A stretch of DNA of 64,000 nt from an uncultured Verrucomicrobiae bacterium (lineage in GTDB: Bacteria > Verrucomicrobiota > Verrucomicrobiia > Chthoniobacterales > Chthoniobacteraceae): the NCBI GenBank assembly GCA_963836755.1, contig CAWIKF010000001.1, positions 224,001 to 288,000 of the forward strand. The letters are read 5' to 3'. This document shows, piece by piece, positions 53,303-63,395 of the stretch. The translations under genes and the position numbers were made by a program. The notes beneath the pieces were generated by a model. It ran no database searches and was not told where the DNA came from. It saw nothing but the letters and a program-made list of their open reading frames with translations. How positions within the stretch are numbered: position 1 is the first letter of the stretch; the number at the start of each line of letters is the position of its first letter.

Positions 53303-54828
53303 TTCAGCACTGCCTCGGATTCCGCAGTTGGCGCGGCGATCTGCCGCATGATCGCCTGCTCGCTGATTGCGCCGCCCGAGAGCTCGCCAACTTTTTTCCG
53401 ATCGCGCAAAATCACCACGCGTTGGCTCGTGCGGACGATCTCCTCAAGCTCGGAGCTGATGAGCAAAATCGCCAGACCGTCGCGGCGCAGCTCGTCGATG
53501 AGCTTCTCGATTTCCGCCTTCGCGCCGACATCGATGCCGCGCGTCGGCTCGTCGAGAATGATCAGTTTCGGCTCCGTCGCGAGCCAGCGCGCGAGCAAAA
53601 CTTTTTGCTGATTGCCGCCGCTCAGGTTTTTCACCGGCTGCTCCGGCCCCGGAGTTTTGATGCGCAGCGCCGCGATGAATTTCTCGGCGAGCGCATTTTG
53701 TTTTGCCCGCGAAAGCTTTGCCCATGCGCCTCGGCTGGCCTGGAGCGCGATCACGATATTCTCGCGGATCGAAAGATTCGGGATGATGCCGTCCACTTTG
53801 CGATCCTCGGCGGTGAAGGCGAGACGCTGCCGAATCGCGGCGCGCGGCGAGGAAATATTCACCCGTTCGCCGTTCAAAAACATTTCGCCCGAATCCGCTT
53901 TATCCACGCCGAAAATAATGCGCGCCGTTTCGGTGCGGCCGGAGCCAAGCAGCCCCGCGAGCCCGACGACTTCGCCGGGACAAATGCTCAAGTCCAGCGG
54001 CGCGATCGAGCCTTTGCGCCCAAAGTTTTTGACTTCTAGGAACGGCTTTTCGGAAATGTCGCGCGCGCCCTGATGATGGCTTTGCATCGCCGCGACCTCT
54101 TTCACGTCTTTGCCAATCATGCGCGCGACGAGCTCGAGACGCGGCAGCTCGGCGGTCGGATACTCGCCGACGAGTTCGCCATTGCGAAGCAACGTGATGC
54201 GATCGGTCACCGCATAAACTTGATCCATGAAATGCGTGACGAAGACGATGCCCATGCCGTCGTCGCGCAGCTTGCGGATGACTTTAAAAAGTTCGGCGAC
54301 CTCGCGCTCATCGAGGCTCGAGGTCGGCTCGTCGAGGATGAGCAACTTTGCCGCAACGTCCGTGGCGCGGGCGAGCGCGACCATTTGCTGGATCGCAATC
54401 GAGCAGGCGGAGAGCTGCCGCGACGGATCGAGATCGAGTTCCAGCCGCGCCAATGCCTGCTTCGCGCGCTGCATAATCGCGCGCCAGCGAATTTTCCCGA
54501 AAAAAGTCGGCTGCCGCCCGAGGCAGATATTTTCCGCGATGGACAGGTCGGGAATGAGATTGACCTCCTGATAGACCGTGCTGATGCCGCACGCCTCCGC
54601 CTCGCGTGGACTGCGCGGCGAAATCGCGCGGCCATCCAGCCGCGTCTCGCCCGCGTCGCGGTCGTAAACGCCGGTCAGCACTTTGATCAGCGTGCTTTTG
54701 CCTGCGCCGTTCTCGCCCATCAGCGCGTGGATCTCGCCGCGGCGGACGGTGAAATCGACGCCGGCCAGCGCGCGGACGCCGGGGAAACTTTTCGTCAATC
54801 CACGCACTTCGAGCAGGGGGCTGTTCAT
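53299..54828 (-). CDS. ytfR: Monosaccharide ABC transporter ATP-binding protein with two ABC domains (YtfR-like)
   Basis: True start likely ATG 54828 (MNSPLLEV); GENGAGKST, LDEPTSSL, GLLGSGRTE, LSGGNQQKVLLARWL, DEPTRGIDVGAK. Confidence 0.88.
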   Translation of the reverse strand: MNSPLLEVRGLTKSFPGVRALAGVDFTVRRGEIHALMGENGAGKSTLIKVLTGVYDRDAGETRLDGRAISPRSPREAEACGISTVYQEVNLIPDLSIAENICLGRQPTFFGKIRWRAIMQRAKQALARLELDLDPSRQLSACSIAIQQMVALARATDVAAKLLILDEPTSSLDEREVAELFKVIRKLRDDGMGIVFVTHFMDQVYAVTDRITLLRNGELVGEYPTAELPRLELVARMIGKDVKEVAAMQSHHQGARDISEKPFLEVKNFGRKGSIAPLDLSICPGEVVGLAGLLGSGRTETARIIFGVDKADSGEMFLNGERVNISSPRAAIRQRLAFTAEDRKVDGIIPNLSIRENIVIALQASRGAWAKLSRAKQNALAEKFIAALRIKTPGPEQPVKNLSGGNQQKVLLARWLATEPKLIILDEPTRGIDVGAKAEIEKLIDELRRDGLAILLISSELEEIVRTSQRVVILRDRKKVGELSGGAISEQAIMRQIAAPTAESEAVLK

Positions 54829-54882
54829 CTGTTGATGGGAGATCGGGTAAAAGTCCTCGCTCGGGGCGACCATTCTGCGACG

Positions 54883-55112
54883 TCGGGGATCTACTTTGCA
54901 AGGATGCGGAGAGAGGTTGGGCGAAGTCGCGTTGGGAACGTGAAAAATCGTGGCGACTTTGCTCCCAATCGCGACGACTGCGTTTAAAGTCGCAATGACT
55001 TTGCTCAAAGAAATGACGACTTTGTTCCAAGAAATGAAGACTTTGTCAGAAATCGGAATGGCTTTGTTCCAATCGTCGAGACTTTGTCCTGAATCGCGCT
55101 GATTCTCTCTTT
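54883..55112. repeat. Tandem array 3: degenerate 21-bp units with core GACTTTG
   Basis: Clear units at 54946, 54967, 54988, 55009, 55030, 55051 (20 nt), 55071; in-register degenerate units at 54883, 54904, 54925, 55092. Confidence 0.85.
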
Positions 55113-55253
55113 TGAGCCGAAAATGAGATCCAACTTTTCCGCAACTTTTTCCCCATTTCGCCGTTGACGGCTCCAGTCTACCCATGAAGGAATGAGGAGC
55201 GGCCTCCCTTTCTTCCCGCCACCCCCGCATTTCAAACCTGTAAAATCCGCACC

Positions 55254-58200
55254 ATGATCCAAAGAATCCGCTTCACCCTCATCGCCGCCGCATTGGCCGC
55301 GACCACCACGATCGGCTACGCCGGCCGGCAGGAGACGCCGATCGACCTCGCCGAGCTCCAGACCCCGCTCTACACGGTGAAAGGAGACGCGATCATGCGG
55401 CACAATGGCGACCGCTTTTGCAACCGGCCGCTTTATTGCAATCACATCTACGCGGCGGCGCTCGGCGGCGACAAGCCGACGGCGATGGTCGGCAACAAAA
55501 AGTCGTTTCTCGGCAACCTGATGTTTGCTTTGATCCGGCAGGGAAGCGGCAAATGGCTGCAGGATGCGTCCGATATTACCTCCATCTACAGGCCGGGCCG
55601 GATGGAATGGGTGGTCACGGATGCCTCATGGGGCGGGACGATCGTTCATCTGGAAGTCGTCCCCGCGGCGCATGGCGCTGGGATGATCGCGCGGGCGCGG
55701 CTGGAAAATGGGCAGCCGGGCGACAAGCTGCTCTGGGCGAGCGGCGGCTTCAGCAACGACAACGGCAGCATCCTTTGGACGATGGATATGACGAGCTTGA
55801 AGGTGAAATACCTGCTGACCGGATTCCAAGCGACCGATTGCGTCAAGAACAAGGTGCAGGCGCAGGGAAAGTCGTGGACTTTGCAGGAGGCCGGCAGCGC
55901 GGAGCAGTCGTTCGGCATTTGCAGCGAAGAGACGAACACAGTCGTCGCCGACGCCAACGCATGGAAGGATCCGGTCGCGCTCCTGGCGAGCCAGGGGAAA
56001 GAACTTCCGATGGCCTGCGGGACAGTGTCACCCAAAGGCGATCGCGAGATTTACTGGTATCTGCATGATTCCGCGAAGGATGAGTCAGGCGCAAAGACTC
56101 CCGCCGAAGAATTTGCCGCTGCGATGCAGCGCGAGGTCACGCTTGAAAACGTGGTCACAGTCGATACCCCCGATCCTTGGCTCAATGCGGAAGTGGGCGC
56201 ATCGGTCAATGCCATCGATGCGGTCTACCGGGAAGGGATTTACACTCACTCGGCGATGCGATGGGCGACCGCGCTTCTCGGCTGGCGGACTTTGTTTGGC
56301 GGCACTGTCTATGGCTGGCACGACAATGTAAAAACGGACGCGGCTACTTTCATCAGCGCGCAAATCACCGACTCCGACAGGACCGTTCCCCATGCCGATC
56401 CAAAGACGCTGCTGACGAGCCAGGCGCCTGATTCCCGGATGTTCGGCAAAGGCCGCATCGACCTTCATCACCCGCATCATTATGACATGCAGAGCCAGTT
56501 TTTCGACCAGGTCCAGCACGCATGGGCATGGACGGGCGATCCCGCGCTCGAGAAACTGCTTCGGCCTTCGCTCGACCTGCATTGCGAGTATATCAAGGAT
56601 TGCTTCGATCCGATGAACCTCGGCATCTATGAGAGCTATGCCAATACCTGGCCGACCGATGACCAATGGTATAACGGCGGCGGCACATCCGAAGAGACGG
56701 CCTATGCTTATCATGCCGAAAAAACCGCTTTGCAACTGGCCGAGCGGGCAGGGGATCAAGCTGGGATCAAACTTCACACCGCAAACATTGAGCACATCCG
56801 CAAAGGTTTCTTCGATCTGCTATGGGTTTCGAATACGGGTCATCCCGGAGCCTATCGCGAGCAATACGGTTTGAAGCGGCTGCACGACAATCCATGGCTC
56901 TATGGCATCTTCTGCCCGATCGACGCCGGCTTACTCGATACCGAGCAGGCAGCGCAGGCGTTGCAGTTCAGCGAGTGGGGTCTCGAGCGCGTGAAGATGC
57001 CCTATGGTGGCGAGCAATGCTGGCCGTCGAATTGGGTGCCATCCCTTTGGTCTGTCCGCGAAATGTGGCCGGGTGACAGCTATCAGCTCGCGCTGGCTTA
57101 TTTCCAGACCGGACTCGCGGACGATGGCTGGAAAGTATTTCACGGCACTTATCCGCAACAAATGCTTTATGGCAAAGTTCCCGGAGACACAGGTCATCCC
57201 GCAGGCGGCACCGATTTCAACGACTGCAACAGCATGTTCGCGCGCACCGTCGTGGAAGGACTCTTCGGCTATCGGCCAGACTATCCGAACAAGGTCGTCA
57301 AAATCTCGCCGCAGTTTCCGAGCGATTGGGACCATGCTTCCATCAAGACGCCGGACATGAGTCTCAAGTATTCGCGCAAAGGCGCCGACATCCTTTGCGA
57401 CGTGACTCTTTCAAAGGCTTGTGCGCTGGACGTGCAGCTTCCCGTTTCGGCAAAAGGTATCCAGTCTGTAAAAGTAAACGGCGAGCCATCGAAGTGGACT
57501 TTGACGCCATCTTTTGGGTGCAGCCTTGTCACTATCTCCGTTCCGTCCACTGACTCTGCAAAGGTCGAGGTCACTTGTGACGATGCGCTGGAGACTTATC
57601 CCGCTACCTATCTCGATGGTAACAGCGGCGATGCGATTACTTTGGAAGCAAAGGATGGTGAACTAACTGAGTTCCACGATCCACAAAGTGTCTTCAAGGA
57701 TGCCAAGATAGAGAATGGCAAGATTGCCGGCACCCTTGCCGCCAATGACGGCCATCATCTGGTATTCGGGCTGGTAAACGTAGGTAAGACACAGCAGTGG
57801 CGGCTTTTTAAGATCCACGTGACCGACGTGCAGGCGGCCAAGTTGATCGCGGATAAAACACAAGTGCAGCCTTCGGCGCAGCCGAGCTGGAAGCAGGTAG
57901 ATATGCAGCAAGTATTGAACGGAGACATCCGCACCATCTATAAGCAGAACTACGTTTCGCCGCGCCCGGACACCTGCTCCTTGCGGCTGGCTACCAATGG
58001 TTACAACACGTGGCAAATGTCCGGAAGCGGAGAAAGCCGCGCGCCGGAGATCGACTTGAGCAATGTTCCTGCCTTGAGCGACGGCAAGGGAAATATTGTC
58101 GCCGATAAGGGTATTCCTTTCCGCTGGAGCGATGCGAAAAACAATATCGCCTTTACTTCCCGATGGGATAACTGGCCCAAACAAATCGAGGTTCCCGTAA

Positions 58201-58556
58201 ACCAAACTGGAAAGGCAGCTTGGTTTCTATTGTGCGGCACCACCAATCCGATGGAAGTGCAAATCGCAAACGCGGAACTACGTTTGAAGTATGCGGATGG
58301 CGTCGTAGAAAAAGTAGAGATTGTTCCGCCCATGAACTTCTGGACGCTCTGCCCATTTGGTGTGGATTACGATTACAAGCGCGACGCTTTTGCACTGCCA
58401 AAGGTTCCGCCTATGACCTTGCAGCTAGGAAAGAACTGCCGGGGCATCGTGCTGCCGTGGCGTTTGCGTCAAGGTGTGGCGCTGGAAAGCGTGAGTCTGG
58501 AAACACTCTCCGAAGAAGTAGTCATCGGCCTGATGGGCGTTACTGTGATGAATTAG
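55254..58556 (+). CDS. Large secreted glycosidase-like protein (DUF4450-like, predicted (alpha/alpha)6 catalytic region)
   Basis: Signal peptide; FCNRPLY, HYDMQSQFFDQ, YESYANTWPTD, FARTVVEGLFGYRP, IAFTSRWDNWP; family assignment from motif recall. Confidence 0.7.
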   Translation: MIQRIRFTLIAAALAATTTIGYAGRQETPIDLAELQTPLYTVKGDAIMRHNGDRFCNRPLYCNHIYAAALGGDKPTAMVGNKKSFLGNLMFALIRQGSGKWLQDASDITSIYRPGRMEWVVTDASWGGTIVHLEVVPAAHGAGMIARARLENGQPGDKLLWASGGFSNDNGSILWTMDMTSLKVKYLLTGFQATDCVKNKVQAQGKSWTLQEAGSAEQSFGICSEETNTVVADANAWKDPVALLASQGKELPMACGTVSPKGDREIYWYLHDSAKDESGAKTPAEEFAAAMQREVTLENVVTVDTPDPWLNAEVGASVNAIDAVYREGIYTHSAMRWATALLGWRTLFGGTVYGWHDNVKTDAATFISAQITDSDRTVPHADPKTLLTSQAPDSRMFGKGRIDLHHPHHYDMQSQFFDQVQHAWAWTGDPALEKLLRPSLDLHCEYIKDCFDPMNLGIYESYANTWPTDDQWYNGGGTSEETAYAYHAEKTALQLAERAGDQAGIKLHTANIEHIRKGFFDLLWVSNTGHPGAYREQYGLKRLHDNPWLYGIFCPIDAGLLDTEQAAQALQFSEWGLERVKMPYGGEQCWPSNWVPSLWSVREMWPGDSYQLALAYFQTGLADDGWKVFHGTYPQQMLYGKVPGDTGHPAGGTDFNDCNSMFARTVVEGLFGYRPDYPNKVVKISPQFPSDWDHASIKTPDMSLKYSRKGADILCDVTLSKACALDVQLPVSAKGIQSVKVNGEPSKWTLTPSFGCSLVTISVPSTDSAKVEVTCDDALETYPATYLDGNSGDAITLEAKDGELTEFHDPQSVFKDAKIENGKIAGTLAANDGHHLVFGLVNVGKTQQWRLFKIHVTDVQAAKLIADKTQVQPSAQPSWKQVDMQQVLNGDIRTIYKQNYVSPRPDTCSLRLATNGYNTWQMSGSGESRAPEIDLSNVPALSDGKGNIVADKGIPFRWSDAKNNIAFTSRWDNWPKQIEVPVNQTGKAAWFLLCGTTNPMEVQIANAELRLKYADGVVEKVEIVPPMNFWTLCPFGVDYDYKRDAFALPKVPPMTLQLGKNCRGIVLPWRLRQGVALESVSLETLSEEVVIGLMGVTVMN

Positions 58557-58565
58557 CTGAGACTT

Positions 58566-60008
58566 ATGAAAACGCATTACAAAGGTCTCGTCCAAACTAT
58601 TCCTCTGCTCCTGCTAACCACAGGCTTAACGAGCGGCTTCCTCTCCACTGGCACCGCGCAAACGATGCCCGAGGTAATGAAGACTTTGGACAACAAGGAA
58701 GACATGTCGCCCGAGCATGAGAAAAAGATGGCGTGGTTTCGCGAGGCGAAATACGGCCTTTTCATCCACTGGGGACTTTATGCGATCCCCGGCGGAATGT
58801 GGAAAGGCGAGCACATCCGCATCAGCAGCGAATGGATCATGGCGCACGCGCGGATTCCAGTGAAGGAATATGAGAACCTCGCAAAGGAGTTCAACCCCGT
58901 TAATTTTAACGCCGACCAATGGGTGAAGATGGCAAAGGACTCCGGCATGAAATATCTAGTCTTCACCGCCAAGCACGGTGACGGCTTTGCCATGTATCAT
59001 TCGAAGGTAACTCCATACAACATCTACGACGCGACACCTTTTCATCGCGATCCGCTCAAGGAGCTTTCGGAAGCTTGCGCGAAGTATGGAATCAAACTTG
59101 GCCTATATTACTCGCAGTCGGTGGACTGGCACGAGCCGGGTGGCGAAGGCAATAGCTGGGACTACAAAAGGGATAGTGAGAAGGACAAGAGCGGTGCCTT
59201 TGATAACTATCTCCAGACCAAGGTCGAGCCGCAGATCAAGGAATTGCTTTCGAACTACGGCCCGATCTGCGAAATCTTTTTTGATACTCCCGCGATGATC
59301 ACGCCGCAGCGTGGCCAGCGCATCGCGGATATTGTTCACAAGCTTCAACCTGCCTGCTTGATCGACGGCCGGCTAGGTGTCCCTGGCGACTACGCGACGA
59401 TGGGCGACAATGGTATTCCGAATACGACCGTAGTCGGCGACTGGGAAACTCCTGGTGAACTGAATCATAATTGGGGCTTCGATCAAACGGACAAGGACTA
59501 CCAATCGCCGAGTCAGGTCATCTTCAAGCTCATGGAGATTGTGAGTAAAGGCGGTAACTACTTACTGGATGTCGGGCCGACGGCTTTAGGCGAGATTCCA
59601 ATCGTGGCGGAGAAAAACCTCGAGACGGTGGGGGACTGGCTGAAGGTTAATGGTGACGCCGTTTATGGCACGATCCGTTCTCCGTTCGGAGAAGGATTTA
59701 GCGGCTTTGGGAGGAAGCTATCCGACGGCCGAGGCAAAGATGTAGAGTTACCGTTCCTGGATTGGCGATGCACAACAAAGCCGGGCAAACTTTACTTCAC
59801 AATCTTCCATTGGTCGGGCAATGGCTTCAAGCTTCCGGCCTTCAAAAACGAGGTAGCTAAAGCATACTTTCTCGCGGACAAAGATCAGGCTTCCATACCT
59901 ATCGCGGACACCAACGGATCGCGCATCGTGCAGACTCCTCACTATGCGCCAGATCTCATGGCGACAGTGCTGGTGGTGGAATTCAAAGGCGACAAAGTAG
60001 AGCGTTAA
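58566..60008 (+). CDS. GH29 alpha-L-fucosidase family protein
   Basis: WFREAKYGLFIHWG, FNPVNFNADQW, GMKYLVFTAKHGDGF, LYYS, VSKGGNYLLDVGP, WLKVNGDAVYGT. Confidence 0.9.
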   Translation: MKTHYKGLVQTIPLLLLTTGLTSGFLSTGTAQTMPEVMKTLDNKEDMSPEHEKKMAWFREAKYGLFIHWGLYAIPGGMWKGEHIRISSEWIMAHARIPVKEYENLAKEFNPVNFNADQWVKMAKDSGMKYLVFTAKHGDGFAMYHSKVTPYNIYDATPFHRDPLKELSEACAKYGIKLGLYYSQSVDWHEPGGEGNSWDYKRDSEKDKSGAFDNYLQTKVEPQIKELLSNYGPICEIFFDTPAMITPQRGQRIADIVHKLQPACLIDGRLGVPGDYATMGDNGIPNTTVVGDWETPGELNHNWGFDQTDKDYQSPSQVIFKLMEIVSKGGNYLLDVGPTALGEIPIVAEKNLETVGDWLKVNGDAVYGTIRSPFGEGFSGFGRKLSDGRGKDVELPFLDWRCTTKPGKLYFTIFHWSGNGFKLPAFKNEVAKAYFLADKDQASIPIADTNGSRIVQTPHYAPDLMATVLVVEFKGDKVER

Positions 60009-60062
60009 TTGGCACAAATTAGCTGATGCAAAACCGGTAAAACCGCCGATGGTTTGGCTCTT

Positions 60063-61193
60063 ATGTCCAAAGCGGAAACGAGTTCGCAAAAGCGAAACAA
60101 GATCGGGTTCTTTCAGCGGCTGCGCCGATACTCTCGGCTGATTTTTCAAATTTTCATCGTGATCGCGGTGTTGCTGATTGCAGCGCGAATCGCGGCACCG
60201 TATTTCATCCGCAAATACGTCAACGAGAAGATCAACGAAATACCAGGTTTTCGCGGCGAGATCGGCGACGTGCATCTGCATCTTTGGCGAGGCGCTTATT
60301 CAATCGAAGAGATCAAGCTGCTTAAGACGGAGGGCAGCGTGCCAGTGCCTTTTTTTTCGTCGCACACGGTCGATCTTTCGGTGCAGTGGCGCGCACTTTT
60401 TGACGGAGCGCTTGTGGCGAAAATCCGTTTCTACGATCCGGTGATTAATTTCGTAAAAGGACCATCGGAAGCGACGACGCAGGTCGGCGTGGACAAGCCG
60501 TGGACAGGAGTTGTGCAGGATTTGTTTCCGCTAAATATCAATCGCTTCGAGGTGTTCAACGGCGAGGTGCATTATCGCGATTTTCACAGCAGCCCCAAGG
60601 TAACCCTGACGCTCGATCGCATTCACATGCTCGCGGAAAATTTAACGAACAGCCGCAAGGTCGCGCAGACGCTGATCGCGACGATTCAAATCGATGGCCA
60701 GGCTTTCGAGTCGGCGCCATTCGATGTGCACGTGAAGCTCGACCCGTGGCGCTACAAACCGACATTCGACCTCGCTGCGAAAATGCAGCCGGTGCCGCTC
60801 ACAAAATTCAACGAGTTCTCGGAGGCATACGGGAAATTTCATTTTACCAAAGGCACCTTTTCGCTGGCCACCGAACTCGCAGCGTCCGACGGAAAGTTGA
60901 CTGGCTACGTCAAGCCTCTGCTCGACAACATCGCGATCATCGACGTGCGCGACGTGAAAAATCCGATCAAGCTGTTGTGGGAAAGCGCGGTGGCTGGATT
61001 GACGCGGCTCTTCCGCAACCAAGGCGAGAACCGCTTCGCGACTAAAATTCCAGTCTCGGGATCGCTCGATTCACCGAAGATCGCGGTGCTGCCGATGCTC
61101 GGGAATATTTTGAAAAATGAATTCATCAAGGCCTATCAGGGCAACATCGATAATGATGTTTCGCTGAAAGACGCCGCGAAGGGCAGAAAATAA
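60063..61193 (+). CDS. DUF748/AsmA-like membrane-anchored protein
   Basis: N-terminal TM; LHLWRGAYSI, DLSVQWRALF, PLNINRFEV, GYVKPLL, FATKIPVSG. Confidence 0.75.
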   Translation: MSKAETSSQKRNKIGFFQRLRRYSRLIFQIFIVIAVLLIAARIAAPYFIRKYVNEKINEIPGFRGEIGDVHLHLWRGAYSIEEIKLLKTEGSVPVPFFSSHTVDLSVQWRALFDGALVAKIRFYDPVINFVKGPSEATTQVGVDKPWTGVVQDLFPLNINRFEVFNGEVHYRDFHSSPKVTLTLDRIHMLAENLTNSRKVAQTLIATIQIDGQAFESAPFDVHVKLDPWRYKPTFDLAAKMQPVPLTKFNEFSEAYGKFHFTKGTFSLATELAASDGKLTGYVKPLLDNIAIIDVRDVKNPIKLLWESAVAGLTRLFRNQGENRFATKIPVSGSLDSPKIAVLPMLGNILKNEFIKAYQGNIDNDVSLKDAAKGRK

Positions 61194-61203
61194 ATCGGCG
61201 CGA

Positions 61204-62370
61204 TCAGGCCGCAACGCTCATCTGGCGTAGCTTCGCGATGATCTGCGGCAAAATCTGCAGCGCGTGCTCGACTTCGCGCACCGTGTTAAAGCGGCTGAAC
61301 GAAAAGCGGAGACTGCCGCGCGCGCGCTCGTTGCTGAAGCCCATCGCTTTCAAAACGTGCGACGGATGAATCGAGCCCGTGGTGCACGCGCTGCCGGCCG
61401 AGCAGCAGATGCCGGCGTTGTCCAAAAGCATCAGCACGCCTTCGCTTTCGATGCCGTCAAACGCAATGCTGGTGGTGTTCGGCAGGCGATGCGCGCGGTC
61501 GCCGTTGACTTGCGTGTCAGCGATTTTTTCGAGGATTCCGCTTTCAAAGTCATCGCGCAGTCCGCGCACGAAAGAATTTTCGTGCTCCATTTTTTCAGCC
61601 GCCAATTCGCACGCCTTCCCAAGCGCAACGATGCTCGCCACGTTTTCCGTGCCCGCGCGCTTGCCGTGCTCCTGCCCGCCGCCGATGAACGATGGATTGA
61701 AGCGAGTGCGCCGGTTGACATAGAGCACGCCGACGCCTTTCGGGCAGTGCAATTTGTGGCCGGAGACGCTCAGGAAATTGATGTGCGAATGCGAACGCGC
61801 GAGATCGATCGGGATTTTTCCGACGGCCTGCACGGCATCGGTATGGAAAAAAGTTTTCTTTCGATGCACGAGCGCGGCGATTTCTTCAATCGGAAAAAGC
61901 ACGCCCGTTTCGTTGTTCGCCCACATCGTCGATACGATCGCAGTGTCGGGTCGGATCGCCCGCTCCAGCTCGGCAAGATCGATTTGGCCCCGCTCGTCGA
62001 CTCCCAGCCAAGTGACTTCAGTGCCACGTTTCGCCAGCGCTTCACAATGTTTGGTAATCGCACTGTGTTCAACACGCGTTGTCACAATGTGCTGCCGATC
62101 GGGATCGAGCGAAAGCGCGGACGCGATCGCAGAGTTGTTCGATTCCGTGCCGCAGCTCGTAAAAATAATTTCGCGCGGCTCGCAGCCAAGCAGCCCGGCA
62201 ACCCGCTCCCGCGCTTGCTCCACGGCCTGCGCCACGCTTGCGCCGAATGTGTAGGCACTCGATGGATTGCCGTAAAAGTCAGTCAAAAACGGCAGCATCT
62301 CCGCGACCACCGCGGGATCAACCTGCGTCGTCGCGTTGTTGTCGAAATAAATGACCGGCTCCTTTTTCAT
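61204..62370 (-). CDS. nifS: Cysteine desulfurase (NifS/IscS family)
   Basis: YFDNNATT, GNPSS, FTSCGTES, HTDAVQAVGK, SGHK (PLP Lys), SAGSAC. Confidence 0.9.
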   Translation of the reverse strand: MKKEPVIYFDNNATTQVDPAVVAEMLPFLTDFYGNPSSAYTFGASVAQAVEQARERVAGLLGCEPREIIFTSCGTESNNSAIASALSLDPDRQHIVTTRVEHSAITKHCEALAKRGTEVTWLGVDERGQIDLAELERAIRPDTAIVSTMWANNETGVLFPIEEIAALVHRKKTFFHTDAVQAVGKIPIDLARSHSHINFLSVSGHKLHCPKGVGVLYVNRRTRFNPSFIGGGQEHGKRAGTENVASIVALGKACELAAEKMEHENSFVRGLRDDFESGILEKIADTQVNGDRAHRLPNTTSIAFDGIESEGVLMLLDNAGICCSAGSACTTGSIHPSHVLKAMGFSNERARGSLRFSFSRFNTVREVEHALQILPQIIAKLRQMSVAA

Positions 62371-62426
62371 GGAAAGCCGCGCACCTTAGCGCAATCCGCC
62401 ATGGCGCGCCACCGAGTTTCGCGCCG

Positions 62427-63395
62427 TCACGCCCAGCTGACTGTCCCTTTCGCTTCGCGCAAAATAATGTTTTGTAAAAATTCCACGCCTTTGCGCAGCC
62501 CTTCATTCGGCGTCATCAGCGAATCCTCGTGCTCCATCGAAAGAACGCCGTCGTAGCCGCACATCCGCAGCGTGCTCACAAACTCGCACCAAAAATCCGC
62601 GGCGTGTCCGTAGCCGACGGTGCGGAAAATCCATGCACGATTTTTTTCATCGCGATACGGCTTTGTGTCGAGATAGCCGTCGAAATCGGCGTTGTGCTTG
62701 AAGAGCCCCGTGTCCTTCGCATGCACGTGATAGATCGCGCCCTCGAGCTTGCGCACGGCCTGATTCGGATCGATGCCCTGCCAGAAAAAATGGCTCGGGT
62801 CAAAGTTCGCGCCGAGCACGCTGCTCTCCGTCGCGTCACGCAAACGCAAAACTGTGGACGGATTGTAAACGAGAAAACCCGGATGCGCCTCGAGCGCAAT
62901 CTTGTTCACGCCATGGTCCTGCGCGAATTTCACCTGCTCCCGCCAATACGGAATCGCGATCTCATTCCACTGCCAGTCGAGGATTTTTGAAAAATCCGGC
63001 GGCCATGGACACGTGACCCAGTTTGGATATTTCGCGCCGACCTGATCGCCTGGGCAACCGGAAAAAGTTGTTACCACTTCGACGCCGATTTTCTCCGCCA
63101 GCCGCACCGTTTCCTGAAAAACTTCGTGATGCTCCCGCGCGAACTCTGCATCCGGGTGCAGCGGATTTCCGTGGCAGGAAAGTGAACTGATCTCCAGCCC
63201 GCGCGACTTCGCGGCGTCCACGAACTCGCGCAGCTTGCCCTCGTTTTGTAAAAGTTCCCGCGGCTTGCAATGCGCGTCGCCGGGATAAGCGCCCGTGCCG
63301 ATCTCCACGCAATCGCAGCCGAGCGCGGCAATGTGGTCGAGTGCCTTTTCAAGAGGGAGGTCGCTGAGAATCGCGGAGAAGACGCCGACTTTCAT
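62427..63395 (-). CDS. Sugar phosphate isomerase/epimerase (xylose isomerase-like TIM barrel)
   Basis: Start ATG 63395; LSCHGNPLHP, FSGCPG, ALEAHPG, NFDPSH, HVHAKD, FRTVGYGH, LSMEHED. Confidence 0.88.
   Translation of the reverse strand: MKVGVFSAILSDLPLEKALDHIAALGCDCVEIGTGAYPGDAHCKPRELLQNEGKLREFVDAAKSRGLEISSLSCHGNPLHPDAEFAREHHEVFQETVRLAEKIGVEVVTTFSGCPGDQVGAKYPNWVTCPWPPDFSKILDWQWNEIAIPYWREQVKFAQDHGVNKIALEAHPGFLVYNPSTVLRLRDATESSVLGANFDPSHFFWQGIDPNQAVRKLEGAIYHVHAKDTGLFKHNADFDGYLDTKPYRDEKNRAWIFRTVGYGHAADFWCEFVSTLRMCGYDGVLSMEHEDSLMTPNEGLRKGVEFLQNIILREAKGTVSWA

Noticed and set aside
54829..55230. 134-aa N-terminal extension of the ABC ATPase
   Set aside because: It is derived from array 3 and intergenic sequence; homology to sugar ATPases begins at MNSPLLEV (54828).
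61264..62556. 430-aa plus-strand ORF
   Set aside because: It is an antisense shadow of the cysteine desulfurase gene.
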